This document shows, piece after piece, positions 24,640-34,324 of a stretch of DNA of 37,005 bases. Made by a program: the position numbers and the translations under genes. Position 1 is the first letter of the stretch. Each line of letters starts with the position of its first letter. The stretch is from Planctomycetota bacterium. Its GTDB lineage: Bacteria; Planctomycetota; Phycisphaerae; Sedimentisphaerales; Anaerohalosphaeraceae. The notes beneath the pieces were generated by a model. It had not been told where the DNA came from. It did no database searches and was given only the letters and a program-made list of their open reading frames with translations. The stretch is from NCBI GenBank assembly GCA_030637065.1, contig DAOVVQ010000001.1, positions 1 through 37,005 on the forward strand, given 5' to 3'.

Positions 24640-26109
24640 TTACTTCTTTTTGCCGCGTTTCTTTGTTTCCGGTTTAGCTTTGGGGTTGTATTGCGGATTT
24701 GGTGCCTTTGGGATCGGTGCGTTGGTTTTCTTTTGCCATGCCATTAATTCTCGTAGCATCTGGTCGCGTTTTTCGGGCATGGACTGGGCGAGGTTTTTCT
24801 TTTCGCCGATGTCGGCTGTGAGGTTGTACAACTCTATTGAGTTGTTGCTTTGGCGTTTATCCCATCCGCCGTCGAGCGACCATTCTTCCATGAACATCAT
24901 CAGCTTCCAGTCGCCCTTACGAATGACCGAGACGGGCCTGGTCCTGTACAGCCAGTCTCGCGAGCCGGTCCAGCCGGACTGGTAAAGGTAGCCGGGGAAA
25001 TGCCAGAAGATGGGCCGGTCTTCGAGGGCCCTGCGGCCTTTAAGCAGGGGTACTATGGACGAACCGTCAAGCGGCTGACCCGTCGGCGGTTTGGCCCCGG
25101 CGAGATCGAGGAACGTCGGATACAGATCCGCTGCGCACACCGGCGTATCACAGGTCGAGCCCGTCCGGGTCTGCTTCTTCCAGCGGACGGCAAACGGTAC
25201 GCGAACGCCGCCTTCATAGTACATTCCCTTTAGGCCACGCAGCGGCAACTGCGAACTTATCGGGATGCCGCCATTGTCGGAAAGGAAGATCACCACGGTA
25301 TCCTCATCCAGCCCAAGTTCATCGAGCTTAGCCATGAGCCTTCCTACGCCGTCATCGGTGTGGGCGATAAAGGCCGCGTAATTGGGATTGTTCTGCCCGC
25401 CCACTCCTTTGCGGGTCTCGAACTTTTCGATCATCTCGGCGCGGGCCTGGATGCCCATGTGGATCGCATGGTGGGCAAGGTAGACCAGGAAGGGGCGGTC
25501 TTTGTTCTCTTCGATGAACTGACAGGCCTGGTTGGTATAGAGGAATATCTCCTTGGGGTCGTTGGTCTCTTCAAATTTTGTTATCTTTGGCGGGTTGGTC
25601 GGTAGTGCGGTGCCAAAGCCCTGTCCGGCTGGGCCGGTATCGCCGTCAAAATTGCCTACGTGCCACTTGCCGAACATCCCGGTCGCATAGCCGGCCTTTT
25701 TCATCGATTCGGCAAAGGTAATTGTCTGGGCAGGCAGCACTTTTGACTCTTCCACATCCGTAAGCGCCAGCCGATCGTTATACTTATTGCCGCGTCTGAC
25801 CGTGTTGACTGCATAGAGTTTGTGTCGCGGAGTGAACTGGCCCGATAGCAGGCACGCCCGGCTCGGCGCGCAGTTCGCGGCGCAGACGTAACCCTGCGTA
25901 AAGATCATCCCCTCAGCGGCAAGCCGGTCGATATTCGGCGTCAGGTAGTATTTGCTGCCGTTAAAACCGATGTCCTTATAGCCCATATCGTCGATGAAGA
26001 TGAGCACGATATTCGGTCTGGAGGCCTTGTTTTGTGCCAAAGCCCGCTGCGGCAGTCCCATTGTTGCCAGCCCGATTGACATCGTCTTGAGAAAGTCGCG
26101 TCGTTTCAT
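24640..26109 (-). CDS. Tat-exported sulfatase (canonical C-A-P-S-R motif)
   Basis: Track ORF 24640..26124. The ATG at 26109 (GAGGAT upstream) gives MKRRDFLKTMSIGLATMGLP. Other landmarks: PNIVLIFIDDMG, CAANCAPSRACLLSGQ, IFLSDNGG. 489 aa with a Lys-rich C-tail. Confidence 0.92.
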   Translation of the reverse strand: MKRRDFLKTMSIGLATMGLPQRALAQNKASRPNIVLIFIDDMGYKDIGFNGSKYYLTPNIDRLAAEGMIFTQGYVCAANCAPSRACLLSGQFTPRHKLYAVNTVRRGNKYNDRLALTDVEESKVLPAQTITFAESMKKAGYATGMFGKWHVGNFDGDTGPAGQGFGTALPTNPPKITKFEETNDPKEIFLYTNQACQFIEENKDRPFLVYLAHHAIHMGIQARAEMIEKFETRKGVGGQNNPNYAAFIAHTDDGVGRLMAKLDELGLDEDTVVIFLSDNGGIPISSQLPLRGLKGMYYEGGVRVPFAVRWKKQTRTGSTCDTPVCAADLYPTFLDLAGAKPPTGQPLDGSSIVPLLKGRRALEDRPIFWHFPGYLYQSGWTGSRDWLYRTRPVSVIRKGDWKLMMFMEEWSLDGGWDKRQSNNSIELYNLTADIGEKKNLAQSMPEKRDQMLRELMAWQKKTNAPIPKAPNPQYNPKAKPETKKRGKKK

Positions 26110-26242
26110 ATCATATCCTCGCATAAAAGTTAAATTGCCATATCACCGCCACGCATCCTACCACAAATGCCCCGAATTGCAAGAAATCACTGCTATGCGT
26201 GCCGTTTGGGCGGGTGCTGTTTGGGTCGAGACTTATTTATAT

Positions 26243-26270
26243 TTGCCCCGGGCTTTTCTTTGTGTAGAAT
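26243..26270 (+). promoter_or_regulatory. Sigma70-like promoter upstream of the PPC/DUF296 gene
   Basis: TTGCCC (26243-26248), a 16-nt spacer, then TAGAAT (26265-26270). Confidence 0.35.
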
Positions 26271-26312
26271 GTTGGCTGGTGGTAACGGTTGTTAAAGGCA
26301 GAGGAATTGGTC

Positions 26313-26747
26313 ATGCAGTATTCAGTTGGCAAACCGGGCAGGGTCATTGCGATGCGGCTTTCGGAGGGCGAGGAGCTTTACGAATCCGTTCATTCCGTGG
26401 CCCTGAAAGAGGACATACGGGCCGCAGCTGTGCTGGTTACCGGCGGCTTTCGCAAGGCCGAGGTCGTCGTCGGGCCGGAAAAGGAGCATCCTATCGTCCA
26501 CGGTTTCGAGCATTTTGCCGGGCCGGGCGAGGTGTTGGGCGTCGGCACGATCTACTGGGACGATAATGGACCGAGAATGCACATCCACGGAGCCATCGGC
26601 AAAAAAGGCCAGGTAATGGTCGGCTGTCCGAGGGGCGGAGCGCACACGTTCCTCGTATTGGAAATAACGATCATCGAGATCACCGGCGTAGACGGTATGC
26701 GAAGGCTCGACGACGACAGCCAGATGAAACTTTTGGAACTACAGTAA
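26313..26747 (+). CDS. PPC (DUF296) domain protein
   Basis: Track ORF 26289..26747. The ATG at 26313 (GAGGAA upstream) gives MQYSVGKPGRVIAMRLSEGEELYESVHSVALKEDIRAAAVL....MHIHGAIGKKGQVMVGCPRGG.HTFLVLEITIIEI, which matches the PPC/DUF296 pattern as I recall it. Confidence 0.65.
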   Translation: MQYSVGKPGRVIAMRLSEGEELYESVHSVALKEDIRAAAVLVTGGFRKAEVVVGPEKEHPIVHGFEHFAGPGEVLGVGTIYWDDNGPRMHIHGAIGKKGQVMVGCPRGGAHTFLVLEITIIEITGVDGMRRLDDDSQMKLLELQ

Positions 26748-26769
26748 CGCCCTGTGTTCTGTCCGGGCC

Positions 26770-27249
26770 TTAGGTTTTGGCTGGTGAGCCGAAGAATATG
26801 AAGGTTATCAGCACCAGTGCCGAGCCTGCGAAGAATAGTATCTTTCGGTTCTTCGTCTCGGCGCATCGGGTTACCCATCGGGGGATGTTCGCCTCGTCGG
26901 GCTTTCGATTCAAATTCTCTAACAATACCTGCTCGGCTGCGGCCAACTGCTCGTCGGACGCGGTCGGAAACGCGGTGTCGTCGGCGACCGGCTCTATGCC
27001 GAAGGTGATCGGTTCGAGTATGCTCAGTATATTCGGATCTTTACGTATCTCGCGGATCTGGGCGTCGTATTTGGCTGTGAGTGACTTGATCTGCTCGTTG
27101 TCAGCCTCGATCTGACTCAGAAGCGCCCGGTTCCTGTAATAATCGAGAATCTCAGGCTCGACAAGGATCGACAGCGCAATAGCCCCCGCCCCAGCCGCGA
27201 AGAACACGCAGAACAGGATATACTGCACAAAGGCAGCAATTTTTGCCAT
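26770..27249 (-). CDS. Membrane protein, FtsB/DivIC-like (N-terminal TM + coiled coil) with an extra C-terminal TM
   Basis: Track ORF 26770..27270. The ATG at 27249 gives MAKIAAFVQYILFCVFFAAGAGAIALSIL, then the coiled coil LLSQIEADNEQIKSLTAKYDAQIREIRKDPNILSILEPITFGIEP (compare the DivIC pattern ..ei..L..dp.yiE..AR..lG..kP). C-terminal TM ILFFAGSALVLITFIFF. Immediately downstream of eno. Confidence 0.45.
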   Translation of the reverse strand: MAKIAAFVQYILFCVFFAAGAGAIALSILVEPEILDYYRNRALLSQIEADNEQIKSLTAKYDAQIREIRKDPNILSILEPITFGIEPVADDTAFPTASDEQLAAAEQVLLENLNRKPDEANIPRWVTRCAETKNRKILFFAGSALVLITFIFFGSPAKT

Positions 27250-27290
27250 TACGAATACTCCGCGGACCACTCTGCCGCGAGATCACGACA

Positions 27291-28601
<1,311 letters not shown>

Positions 28602-28685
28602 TTAATATTAGCCATTTAGACTTACCATTTTCGCTGAATTTCTCAGTCCGCAAAGACTACCCTCATTTGCCCCCCACGTCAAGGC

Positions 28686-28714
28686 TTGATTAAATCGGCG
28701 AGTCAGTTTATCAT
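28686..28714 (+). promoter_or_regulatory. Sigma70-like promoter placed so that psd would be (nearly) leaderless
   Basis: TTGATT (28686-28691), a 17-nt spacer, then TATCAT (28709-28714). Only 6 nt separate the -10 element from the ATG at 28721, and there is no SD. Confidence 0.4.
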
Positions 28715-28720
28715 ACGTAT

Positions 28721-29386
28721 ATGAGAATACCACTGACAAAATACGGGATGCCGCAGGTCCTTGTTATGCCTGCGATACTGATCGTGATGATGATAGCGGC
28801 GATTTGGCTGCCGGGAGGCGTGATGATCGCCGTGGAGTTGGTCTTGGCGCTGGTTTTCGGATGGGTTCTGGCCTTTTTCCGGGATCCGGAGCGGATCATA
28901 CCACAGGGCGACGATCTGCTCGTTTCACCCGCTGACGGCAAGGTTACCGATATCGATACAGTCCCAGCCCCACATTTTGACGGCCAGGCCCTGAGAATCG
29001 GGATCTTTTTGAACATTTTCAACGTACATGTTAGTAGGATGCCTTGCAAGGCCAGGGTGGAGCGGATTGAATACAAAGAAGGTCAGTTTAAGAATGCAAT
29101 GGATCCGGATTCTGCAAAAGTTAATGAATCCAACGATGTGACCATAACCCGGCTTGCGGAACCTGCCGATAAGCTGTTGGTTCGCCAGATATCCGGCGCG
29201 ATCGCCCGCAGGATCGTGTGCAAGGCGACCGAAGGGCAGGAATTCGCTGGCGGTCAGCGGTACGGAATGATAAAATTCGGCTCGAGGGCGGAACTGTATC
29301 TGCCCGTTAGGGATAATGCCGTCTGTCAGGTAAAAATAGGCGATAAGGTCAAGGCAGGCCTGACCACGCTGGTGAGGTACGAATAA
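28721..29386 (+). CDS. psd: Phosphatidylserine decarboxylase proenzyme (short form)
   Basis: 221 aa. N-terminal TM segments, SPADGKV, IFLNIFNVHVSRMP, and the self-cleavage-type motif KFGSRAELYLP. Confidence 0.85.
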   Translation: MRIPLTKYGMPQVLVMPAILIVMMIAAIWLPGGVMIAVELVLALVFGWVLAFFRDPERIIPQGDDLLVSPADGKVTDIDTVPAPHFDGQALRIGIFLNIFNVHVSRMPCKARVERIEYKEGQFKNAMDPDSAKVNESNDVTITRLAEPADKLLVRQISGAIARRIVCKATEGQEFAGGQRYGMIKFGSRAELYLPVRDNAVCQVKIGDKVKAGLTTLVRYE

Positions 29387-30321
29387 TGGCCAAGCCGAAA
29401 GACCAAAGTAATAAAGCCAGAAAAAGACGCCTGCTGCGGCGGGTCAGGCGCCAGAGGCTCGAGTTCATCACGATCCTGCCCTCACTTATCACCCTGATCA
29501 ACGGTATTTGCGGTTTCGCCGCGATTGGTTTTGCAAGTAAGGGCCCGGCGACCTTCGCTATGGCTGGGTACATGATCTTTTACGCCATGATAGCCGACAT
29601 GCTCGACGGCAGGGTCGCCCGCATGAGCCAGACGACCTCCAGTTTCGGCGGGCAGCTTGACAGCATGTGCGATATGATCAGTTTCGGCGTTGCGCCGGCG
29701 TTTCTTATGTTAAAAGTGCTCGAGCATAAGCTAACCGCACTCGTCGCGCCTACGACACTGGTCGTTTCGGGCTTCCTGAGCAGGTTCATCTGGCTCACCG
29801 CCGCAGTCTACGTCGCTTGCGCGGCAATTCGCCTGGCACGCTTCAACGTCGAGAACGAAGAGGACGAAACCTCCCACATGAGCTTTATGGGGCTGCCGAC
29901 ACCCGCCGCCGCCGGCGTGCTGGCAAGCATGGTCGTATTCTATGAAGGGATGCTCGTCGCCGTAGGGCCGAAAACATGGCTGTTCCAGATAGGCGAAAGC
30001 GTGATCATGTACTCCCTGCCTTTTATCGCCGTCGGCGTCGCTGTCCTGATGATCAGCAGGATCCGCTACCCTCACATGGTCAATCAGTACCTCAAAGGCC
30101 GAAAGCCGTTCGCTCATCTGGTATGGTTTGGCGGCACCATTGGTTTGATCTATCTTTGCGGTTTGTCCAGCGCGTTATTGATCGTATTTTGCGGCTTCGC
30201 ACTGATCGGCTTTAGCAAATGGTTCTACTATCGAATAATTGTATCACGAACCGCAAAGGCCAGGGAAATAGAGCCCCCGGTCCTGAGCCTGGCCAACAAC
30301 TCCGACCAGCAGGACAGCTAA
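29386..30321 (+). CDS. pssA: CDP-diacylglycerol--serine O-phosphatidyltransferase (CDP-alcohol phosphatidyltransferase family)
   Basis: 311 aa. DMLDGRVARMSQTTSSFGGQLDSMCDMISFG matches D-x2-DG-x2-AR-x8-G-x3-D-x3-D. Multiple TM segments. TAATG overlaps psd by 1 nt. Confidence 0.85.
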   Translation: MAKPKDQSNKARKRRLLRRVRRQRLEFITILPSLITLINGICGFAAIGFASKGPATFAMAGYMIFYAMIADMLDGRVARMSQTTSSFGGQLDSMCDMISFGVAPAFLMLKVLEHKLTALVAPTTLVVSGFLSRFIWLTAAVYVACAAIRLARFNVENEEDETSHMSFMGLPTPAAAGVLASMVVFYEGMLVAVGPKTWLFQIGESVIMYSLPFIAVGVAVLMISRIRYPHMVNQYLKGRKPFAHLVWFGGTIGLIYLCGLSSALLIVFCGFALIGFSKWFYYRIIVSRTAKAREIEPPVLSLANNSDQQDS

Positions 30322-30490
30322 GCGGCAATCACGGCGAAGAACACGTGCTATTTCCCCCAAAACCACAGAATGTATACAGAAAAATCTTCCTTGATCGCGT
30401 CCGATAACCTCTTCGGGCCCAAAGTCAGCCCCTTTTTTGGACGATAGAATACTGGTGCAGGTGTATTCAATAAATAGGGATGGCAATAGT

Positions 30491-30946
30491 ATGCGCGATA
30501 TTAAAAAAGCATTCACATTAGTAGAATTAATGATAGTGGTGGCGATCCTTGGCATAATGGCTGCCATCGTAATTCCCGCGTTCCAGGGCAACAGCGAACA
30601 AGCCAGTGAGTCCGCCGCAAAGGAAACTTTGAGAACTCTCCGTCAGCAGATCGAGTATTATGCGATCGAACATACCGGCGTTGCACCCGGATACCCGGGT
30701 GATGACCCTGCGGTTGTCCCGAATTCCGCCACCTTTAATATGCAGATGAAAGACGGCGGATACATATCAGGCCTGCCTCTAAATCCCTTTAATAATGAGA
30801 CGACCATGTCGGTTTTAGCAGATGCGGATGCCTTCCCAGCCGCTGCAACAGGGGCAACCGGGTGGATATATCAGCCCAAAACAAAAATAATAAGACTCGA
30901 CTGGACGGGAACAGACTCAGCGGGCGTCTCATATTTCGCGTATTGA
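30491..30946 (+). CDS. GspG-like prepilin-type protein, paralog A (Ala at -1)
   Basis: Track ORF 30437..30946. The ATG at 30491 gives MRDIKKA|FTLVELMIVVAILGIMAAIVIPAFQGNSEQASESAAKETLRTLRQQIEYY. 151 aa. C-terminus GWIYQPKTKIIRLDWTGTDSAGVSYFAY. Confidence 0.8.
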   Translation: MRDIKKAFTLVELMIVVAILGIMAAIVIPAFQGNSEQASESAAKETLRTLRQQIEYYAIEHTGVAPGYPGDDPAVVPNSATFNMQMKDGGYISGLPLNPFNNETTMSVLADADAFPAAATGATGWIYQPKTKIIRLDWTGTDSAGVSYFAY

Positions 30947-31056
30947 AACAGGGGCATATTTTCACGTCCCATAATCATTTTGTGCAAAAGGAACCCTCAT
31001 TTCCGGACGATATCAGAGTTGTTTGTATATCGCCCTGTTTACAATGGAAGCTAAAG

Positions 31057-31428
31057 ATGAAAAAAGCCTTCACGCTCGTGGAGTTATTGATAGTAGTCGC
31101 AATACTGGGGATTCTTGCGGCTCTCGTAGTGCCGGAATTTACAACCAATTCGCTGCAGGCAACAGAGGTCGTCGCCAAAGAAAACCTGCGCATTATACGC
31201 CAGCAAATCGAACTGTATATGGTTCAGCAGGTAATAGAAGAGTCGGGACTGGATGGTTTCCCGGAGAATCCTTTTAACGGATTAAAAAACTACGATACCA
31301 TCGTGATGGGCCCAATGCCTACCGAAGCGACCGGAACTTACGGTTGGATTATGTACATGCCAACAAAGACGGTTAAACTGGACTGGCCCGGCACAGACGC
31401 CGAAGGTGTCCGTTACTTTGATTATTGA
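31057..31428 (+). CDS. GspG-like prepilin-type protein, paralog B (Ala at -1)
   Basis: Track ORF 30862..31428. The ATG at 31057 gives MKKA|FTLVELLIVVAILGILAALVVPEFTTNSLQATEVVAKENLRIIRQQIELY. 123 aa. C-terminus GWIMYMPTKTVKLDWPGTDAEGVRYFDY. Confidence 0.8.
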   Translation: MKKAFTLVELLIVVAILGILAALVVPEFTTNSLQATEVVAKENLRIIRQQIELYMVQQVIEESGLDGFPENPFNGLKNYDTIVMGPMPTEATGTYGWIMYMPTKTVKLDWPGTDAEGVRYFDY

Positions 31429-32022
31429 TCATTGCGGCGACAGACCCGATATGTCCTGCTTATAAAACGTAACTATGTCAGGATTTGCGTCCACAAACTC
31501 ATCTGACGGTGACTCCGTACCTTCGAGAGTTGCGTATGTCCGTCTCTCTGTCTCCCATGTCGTACCATTCTCGGAAACAGGTCCGGAAAAGAGGTCTGTC
31601 ATTTTCCCTTCCAGTTTGAATGTGGGTTTCTGTATCGTGTAGCTGTCCACTACTATATTGACCTCCAGCATCTCTGTTTCCGGGTCGTACACGGCATCAC
31701 AAGGTCCCATGATAAACAGAGCGAATTCGTCTTCGACCGCTCCTTCAAGTAGTTTTCCGCCTTCAGCAAGGTCTACCGGTCCGGCCAAGTAGTGAATAAT
31801 TCTCTTAACGGAACCGTCACGCTCGAACTTTATCCCCCATTTCTTTCCCGTAATGTCATTAGCCAGCGTCTCCCATATACCAACCATAATCTCCGGGAAG
31901 TCGCTGTCTTCGCTGGCGGCGGACTGCCCGGTTCGCACTTCTGTTGTCCGGTGAGGTTCGGTGCAGCCGGCAAGAGCCGACAGGCAGATAAACACTGCTA
32001 ACAGGCCTGATACATATTTCAT
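31429..32022 (-). CDS. Hypothetical lipoprotein
   Basis: Track ORF 31429..32103. The ATG at 32022 gives MKYVSGLLAVFICLSALAGC (lipobox LAGC). 197 aa. Its stop abuts the stop of the convergent pilin gene (31428/31429). Confidence 0.6.
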   Translation of the reverse strand: MKYVSGLLAVFICLSALAGCTEPHRTTEVRTGQSAASEDSDFPEIMVGIWETLANDITGKKWGIKFERDGSVKRIIHYLAGPVDLAEGGKLLEGAVEDEFALFIMGPCDAVYDPETEMLEVNIVVDSYTIQKPTFKLEGKMTDLFSGPVSENGTTWETERRTYATLEGTESPSDEFVDANPDIVTFYKQDISGLSPQ

Positions 32023-32146
32023 GGTCAAACTCCAATTAAAGGTATATACGGGCATTATAGGGAATTCCAAGGAACTTTGCAAGAAAAAAAAGAGGCAAGT
32101 CATAGACTTGCCTCTTTAATAACAAACTGTTGTTCATGACCTCGTC

Positions 32147-32710
32147 TTATTTGCGACGACGCAGGAACAGACCACCAAGACCCAGCAGAGCCATCGTCAT
32201 CGGCTCGGGAACCTGGTTGAGTACAACCGAATCCAGCAGGGCTGAGAGGACCCAGTTATCGCCACCGGTATCTGTGATTTCCCACAGCTCGATCGTAGTG
32301 TCACCATCAGCCAGAGCATTCCAGATGATGTTGTCATAGAGCACCTGCCCAGCGGGCTGAGCGGCAGCGGAAAAGAATCCGCCGAAAACACCGGTGCTGC
32401 CCGCAGGGTTGGCGACACTGGCAAAATCTTCGACCTGACCAACAAGGTTGAAGGCAACTGGGCTGGTATACCCGGTACCATCAATCGTACCCATCGTGTC
32501 GTCAACGGCGATTAGAGCGAGGTTACCCGCTGTAAATGCACCGAAACCGTCCGCAGTGTACACATCCAGAGACGCGCTTGTCATCGGGGTAGCGATAGTA
32601 CCGCTTTTCCCGGCCAAGCCCTGAATGCCGTCGATCGAAATTTCCAGTCCTGCTGTGGCCAACGAGGCCATACTAAGTACTAAGGCTAACATTACTAACT
32701 TTTTCATCAT
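32147..32710 (-). CDS. PEP-CTERM sorting-signal protein
   Basis: Track ORF 32147..32758. The ATG at 32710 or 32707 (AAGGAG upstream) gives the signal peptide MMKKLVMLALVLSMASLATA. C-terminus VPEPMTMALLGLGGLFLRRRK is a classic PEP-CTERM motif (PEP, hydrophobic helix, Arg cluster). Confidence 0.8.
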   Translation of the reverse strand: MMKKLVMLALVLSMASLATAGLEISIDGIQGLAGKSGTIATPMTSASLDVYTADGFGAFTAGNLALIAVDDTMGTIDGTGYTSPVAFNLVGQVEDFASVANPAGSTGVFGGFFSAAAQPAGQVLYDNIIWNALADGDTTIELWEITDTGGDNWVLSALLDSVVLNQVPEPMTMALLGLGGLFLRRRK

Positions 32711-32798
32711 CGTTCTCCTTTCAATAAAACTCTTGTTCGAACAAAATCTTCTTCGCATAGCGAAGTGTGTGTCAAAATTATCATTAGTTTAACATCTA

Positions 32799-33758
32799 CT
32801 ACTTAGGCGGCGGAACGATCCAGGCACTAAAGTCGATAATGCCATCGGGTCCCGATTGATCGTTTCCAACAGCATCCATCGGACAATTCGGTGTACTGGG
32901 TGACCCGTAGTTGGGCAGAAAGAGAGCCAGGTCGTCAGAGAACACCCTGACTACACCGCCGAACTGCGCTCCGTGGTCGAAATCTGCACATACACCAATA
33001 TTCCCTGCGCCCACACCGGGAGCCCCATAAACGGGAAGGAAGATGTCCAGGTCATCCGAGAAGACTGCCACTACACCACCAAACTGCGAATAACCGTCGG
33101 CATCACCGTTACACTGCCTCTCATAGCACCAGCAATCCGGCATACCAAGACTAACCCATGTTGCGTAATCCGGATGCGAAGGTAACATACATGTATCCGG
33201 GACGGGCTCGGGGATTACCACGACAGCGATTATTGCCGCACCGTCGAGGTTACTGTCCAGTGTGCTGCCTACTACGCCGCTCGAAGGTCCGCGAAGGGTA
33301 TCGGCGGTGATGGTGACATTAACTGTCGCCGGGAGTACGGCAGCCGAGAGCTGAATGGTTGCCAGGTCCGTGGCTACTGTCGGTCCGGCAAGCTGTCCGC
33401 CGCCCTGATCCAGTACGCCAAGGCTCAGTGAAAACTGGCTGGCCGGATAGGCCGGCTCGCCCGCTTGAACGGGATCGGCGATACCATGACCGTCGCCAAC
33501 ATTGTACTCTGCCGCGTTGCCGTAGGCATAGTCCATAAACGTGTTGAACGCAGCGTCGCCGGAGAAGTGAGCCTCGCCGGATTCCACATAAGCGTCGCCT
33601 GCGTCGATCGCCAGAGCGATACCGCGAGGCTCGTCACCGTCTGTGACGTAGCTGATTTGCAACTTCCCCTCGCCTGCATCTGTGGCGGAGAATGTGACCA
33701 TGGCCATTGCCGGTGTGGCAATCGCTAAGGCCATTGCAATGAAAAGTACTCTCTTCAT
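32799..33758 (-). CDS. Secreted protein with Cys-rich, internally duplicated dockerin-like C-terminal region
   Basis: Track ORF 32799..33815. The ATG at 33758 (AGGAAGGTG upstream) gives the signal peptide MKRVLFIAMALAIATPAMA. C-terminal part: PDCWCYERQCNGDADGYSQFGGVVAVFSDDLDIFLPVYG / CADFDHGAQFGGVVRVFSDDLALFLPNYG (a tandem duplication also visible at DNA level). Confidence 0.65.
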   Translation of the reverse strand: MKRVLFIAMALAIATPAMAMVTFSATDAGEGKLQISYVTDGDEPRGIALAIDAGDAYVESGEAHFSGDAAFNTFMDYAYGNAAEYNVGDGHGIADPVQAGEPAYPASQFSLSLGVLDQGGGQLAGPTVATDLATIQLSAAVLPATVNVTITADTLRGPSSGVVGSTLDSNLDGAAIIAVVVIPEPVPDTCMLPSHPDYATWVSLGMPDCWCYERQCNGDADGYSQFGGVVAVFSDDLDIFLPVYGAPGVGAGNIGVCADFDHGAQFGGVVRVFSDDLALFLPNYGSPSTPNCPMDAVGNDQSGPDGIIDFSAWIVPPPK

Positions 33759-34324
33759 AAAACACCTTCCTTTCTCTCTTTCTTCTGCTTTCCTCTTCTC
33801 TATTTTGTTCCACACAGGGTTACGCGCCCCGGGAAAAACACACTACTTTATAAGGGAATAAACAGAAAGCCTTTCCTACTGGCATCAGGCCGCTTGTCCG
33901 CGTTGCCCCCCATAGGCTACCTTAGACAATGCTCACCCTGACTCCGAGTACTTTTGGCTTTCCTGTCCGCTACTCCCTGTTAAAACCCTTTTCGCCTCAA
34001 AGGCCGATGCAAGCCCTCAATCCCCCAAAACCGCTCCAGCACACCTTATGAGCCATATTTTATCGCTCGCGGTACCTGCGTGCCGAGGAGTTGCATCTCC
34101 TCACAATTTGCATAATACAATAACCGGGTCAGAAAGGCAAGGAGAAAATCGAAAATTTTCGTAAATTTATGAAAATTTTTCAAAAAACAGGGTTTTTATT
34201 GACGAGAACCACCTTTTTGGCCCAAAAAAAACACCTCAAGCCGCTTCACTGCCCTGAAAAAACAGATATTATCGGAAAAAACATTTTGTGTCAACCCCCG
34301 TTGGCATGATAATATACCGCAGAT

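Noticed and set aside
32733-32765. TTGTTCGAACAA palindrome and CTTCGC-ATA-GCGAAG hairpin between the two minus-strand secreted-protein genes. I considered a tRNA T-arm-like GTTCGAA and a terminator.
   Set aside because: There is no surrounding cloverleaf (no acceptor or anticodon arms). The hairpins have 4-6 bp stems with weak U-runs, so at most they form a weak attenuator, which is not enough to annotate.
34168-34308. 46-aa basic ORF (MKIFQKTGFLLTRTTFLAQKKHLKPLHCPEKTDIIGKNILCQPPLA) upstream of the SEDS gene, next to the 12-bp palindrome CGAAAATTTTCG (34150-34161).
   Set aside because: There is no SD within range, and the A/T-rich promoter-like DNA yields Lys/Phe codons by composition. It overlaps the candidate SEDS promoter, so it is more likely regulatory DNA.
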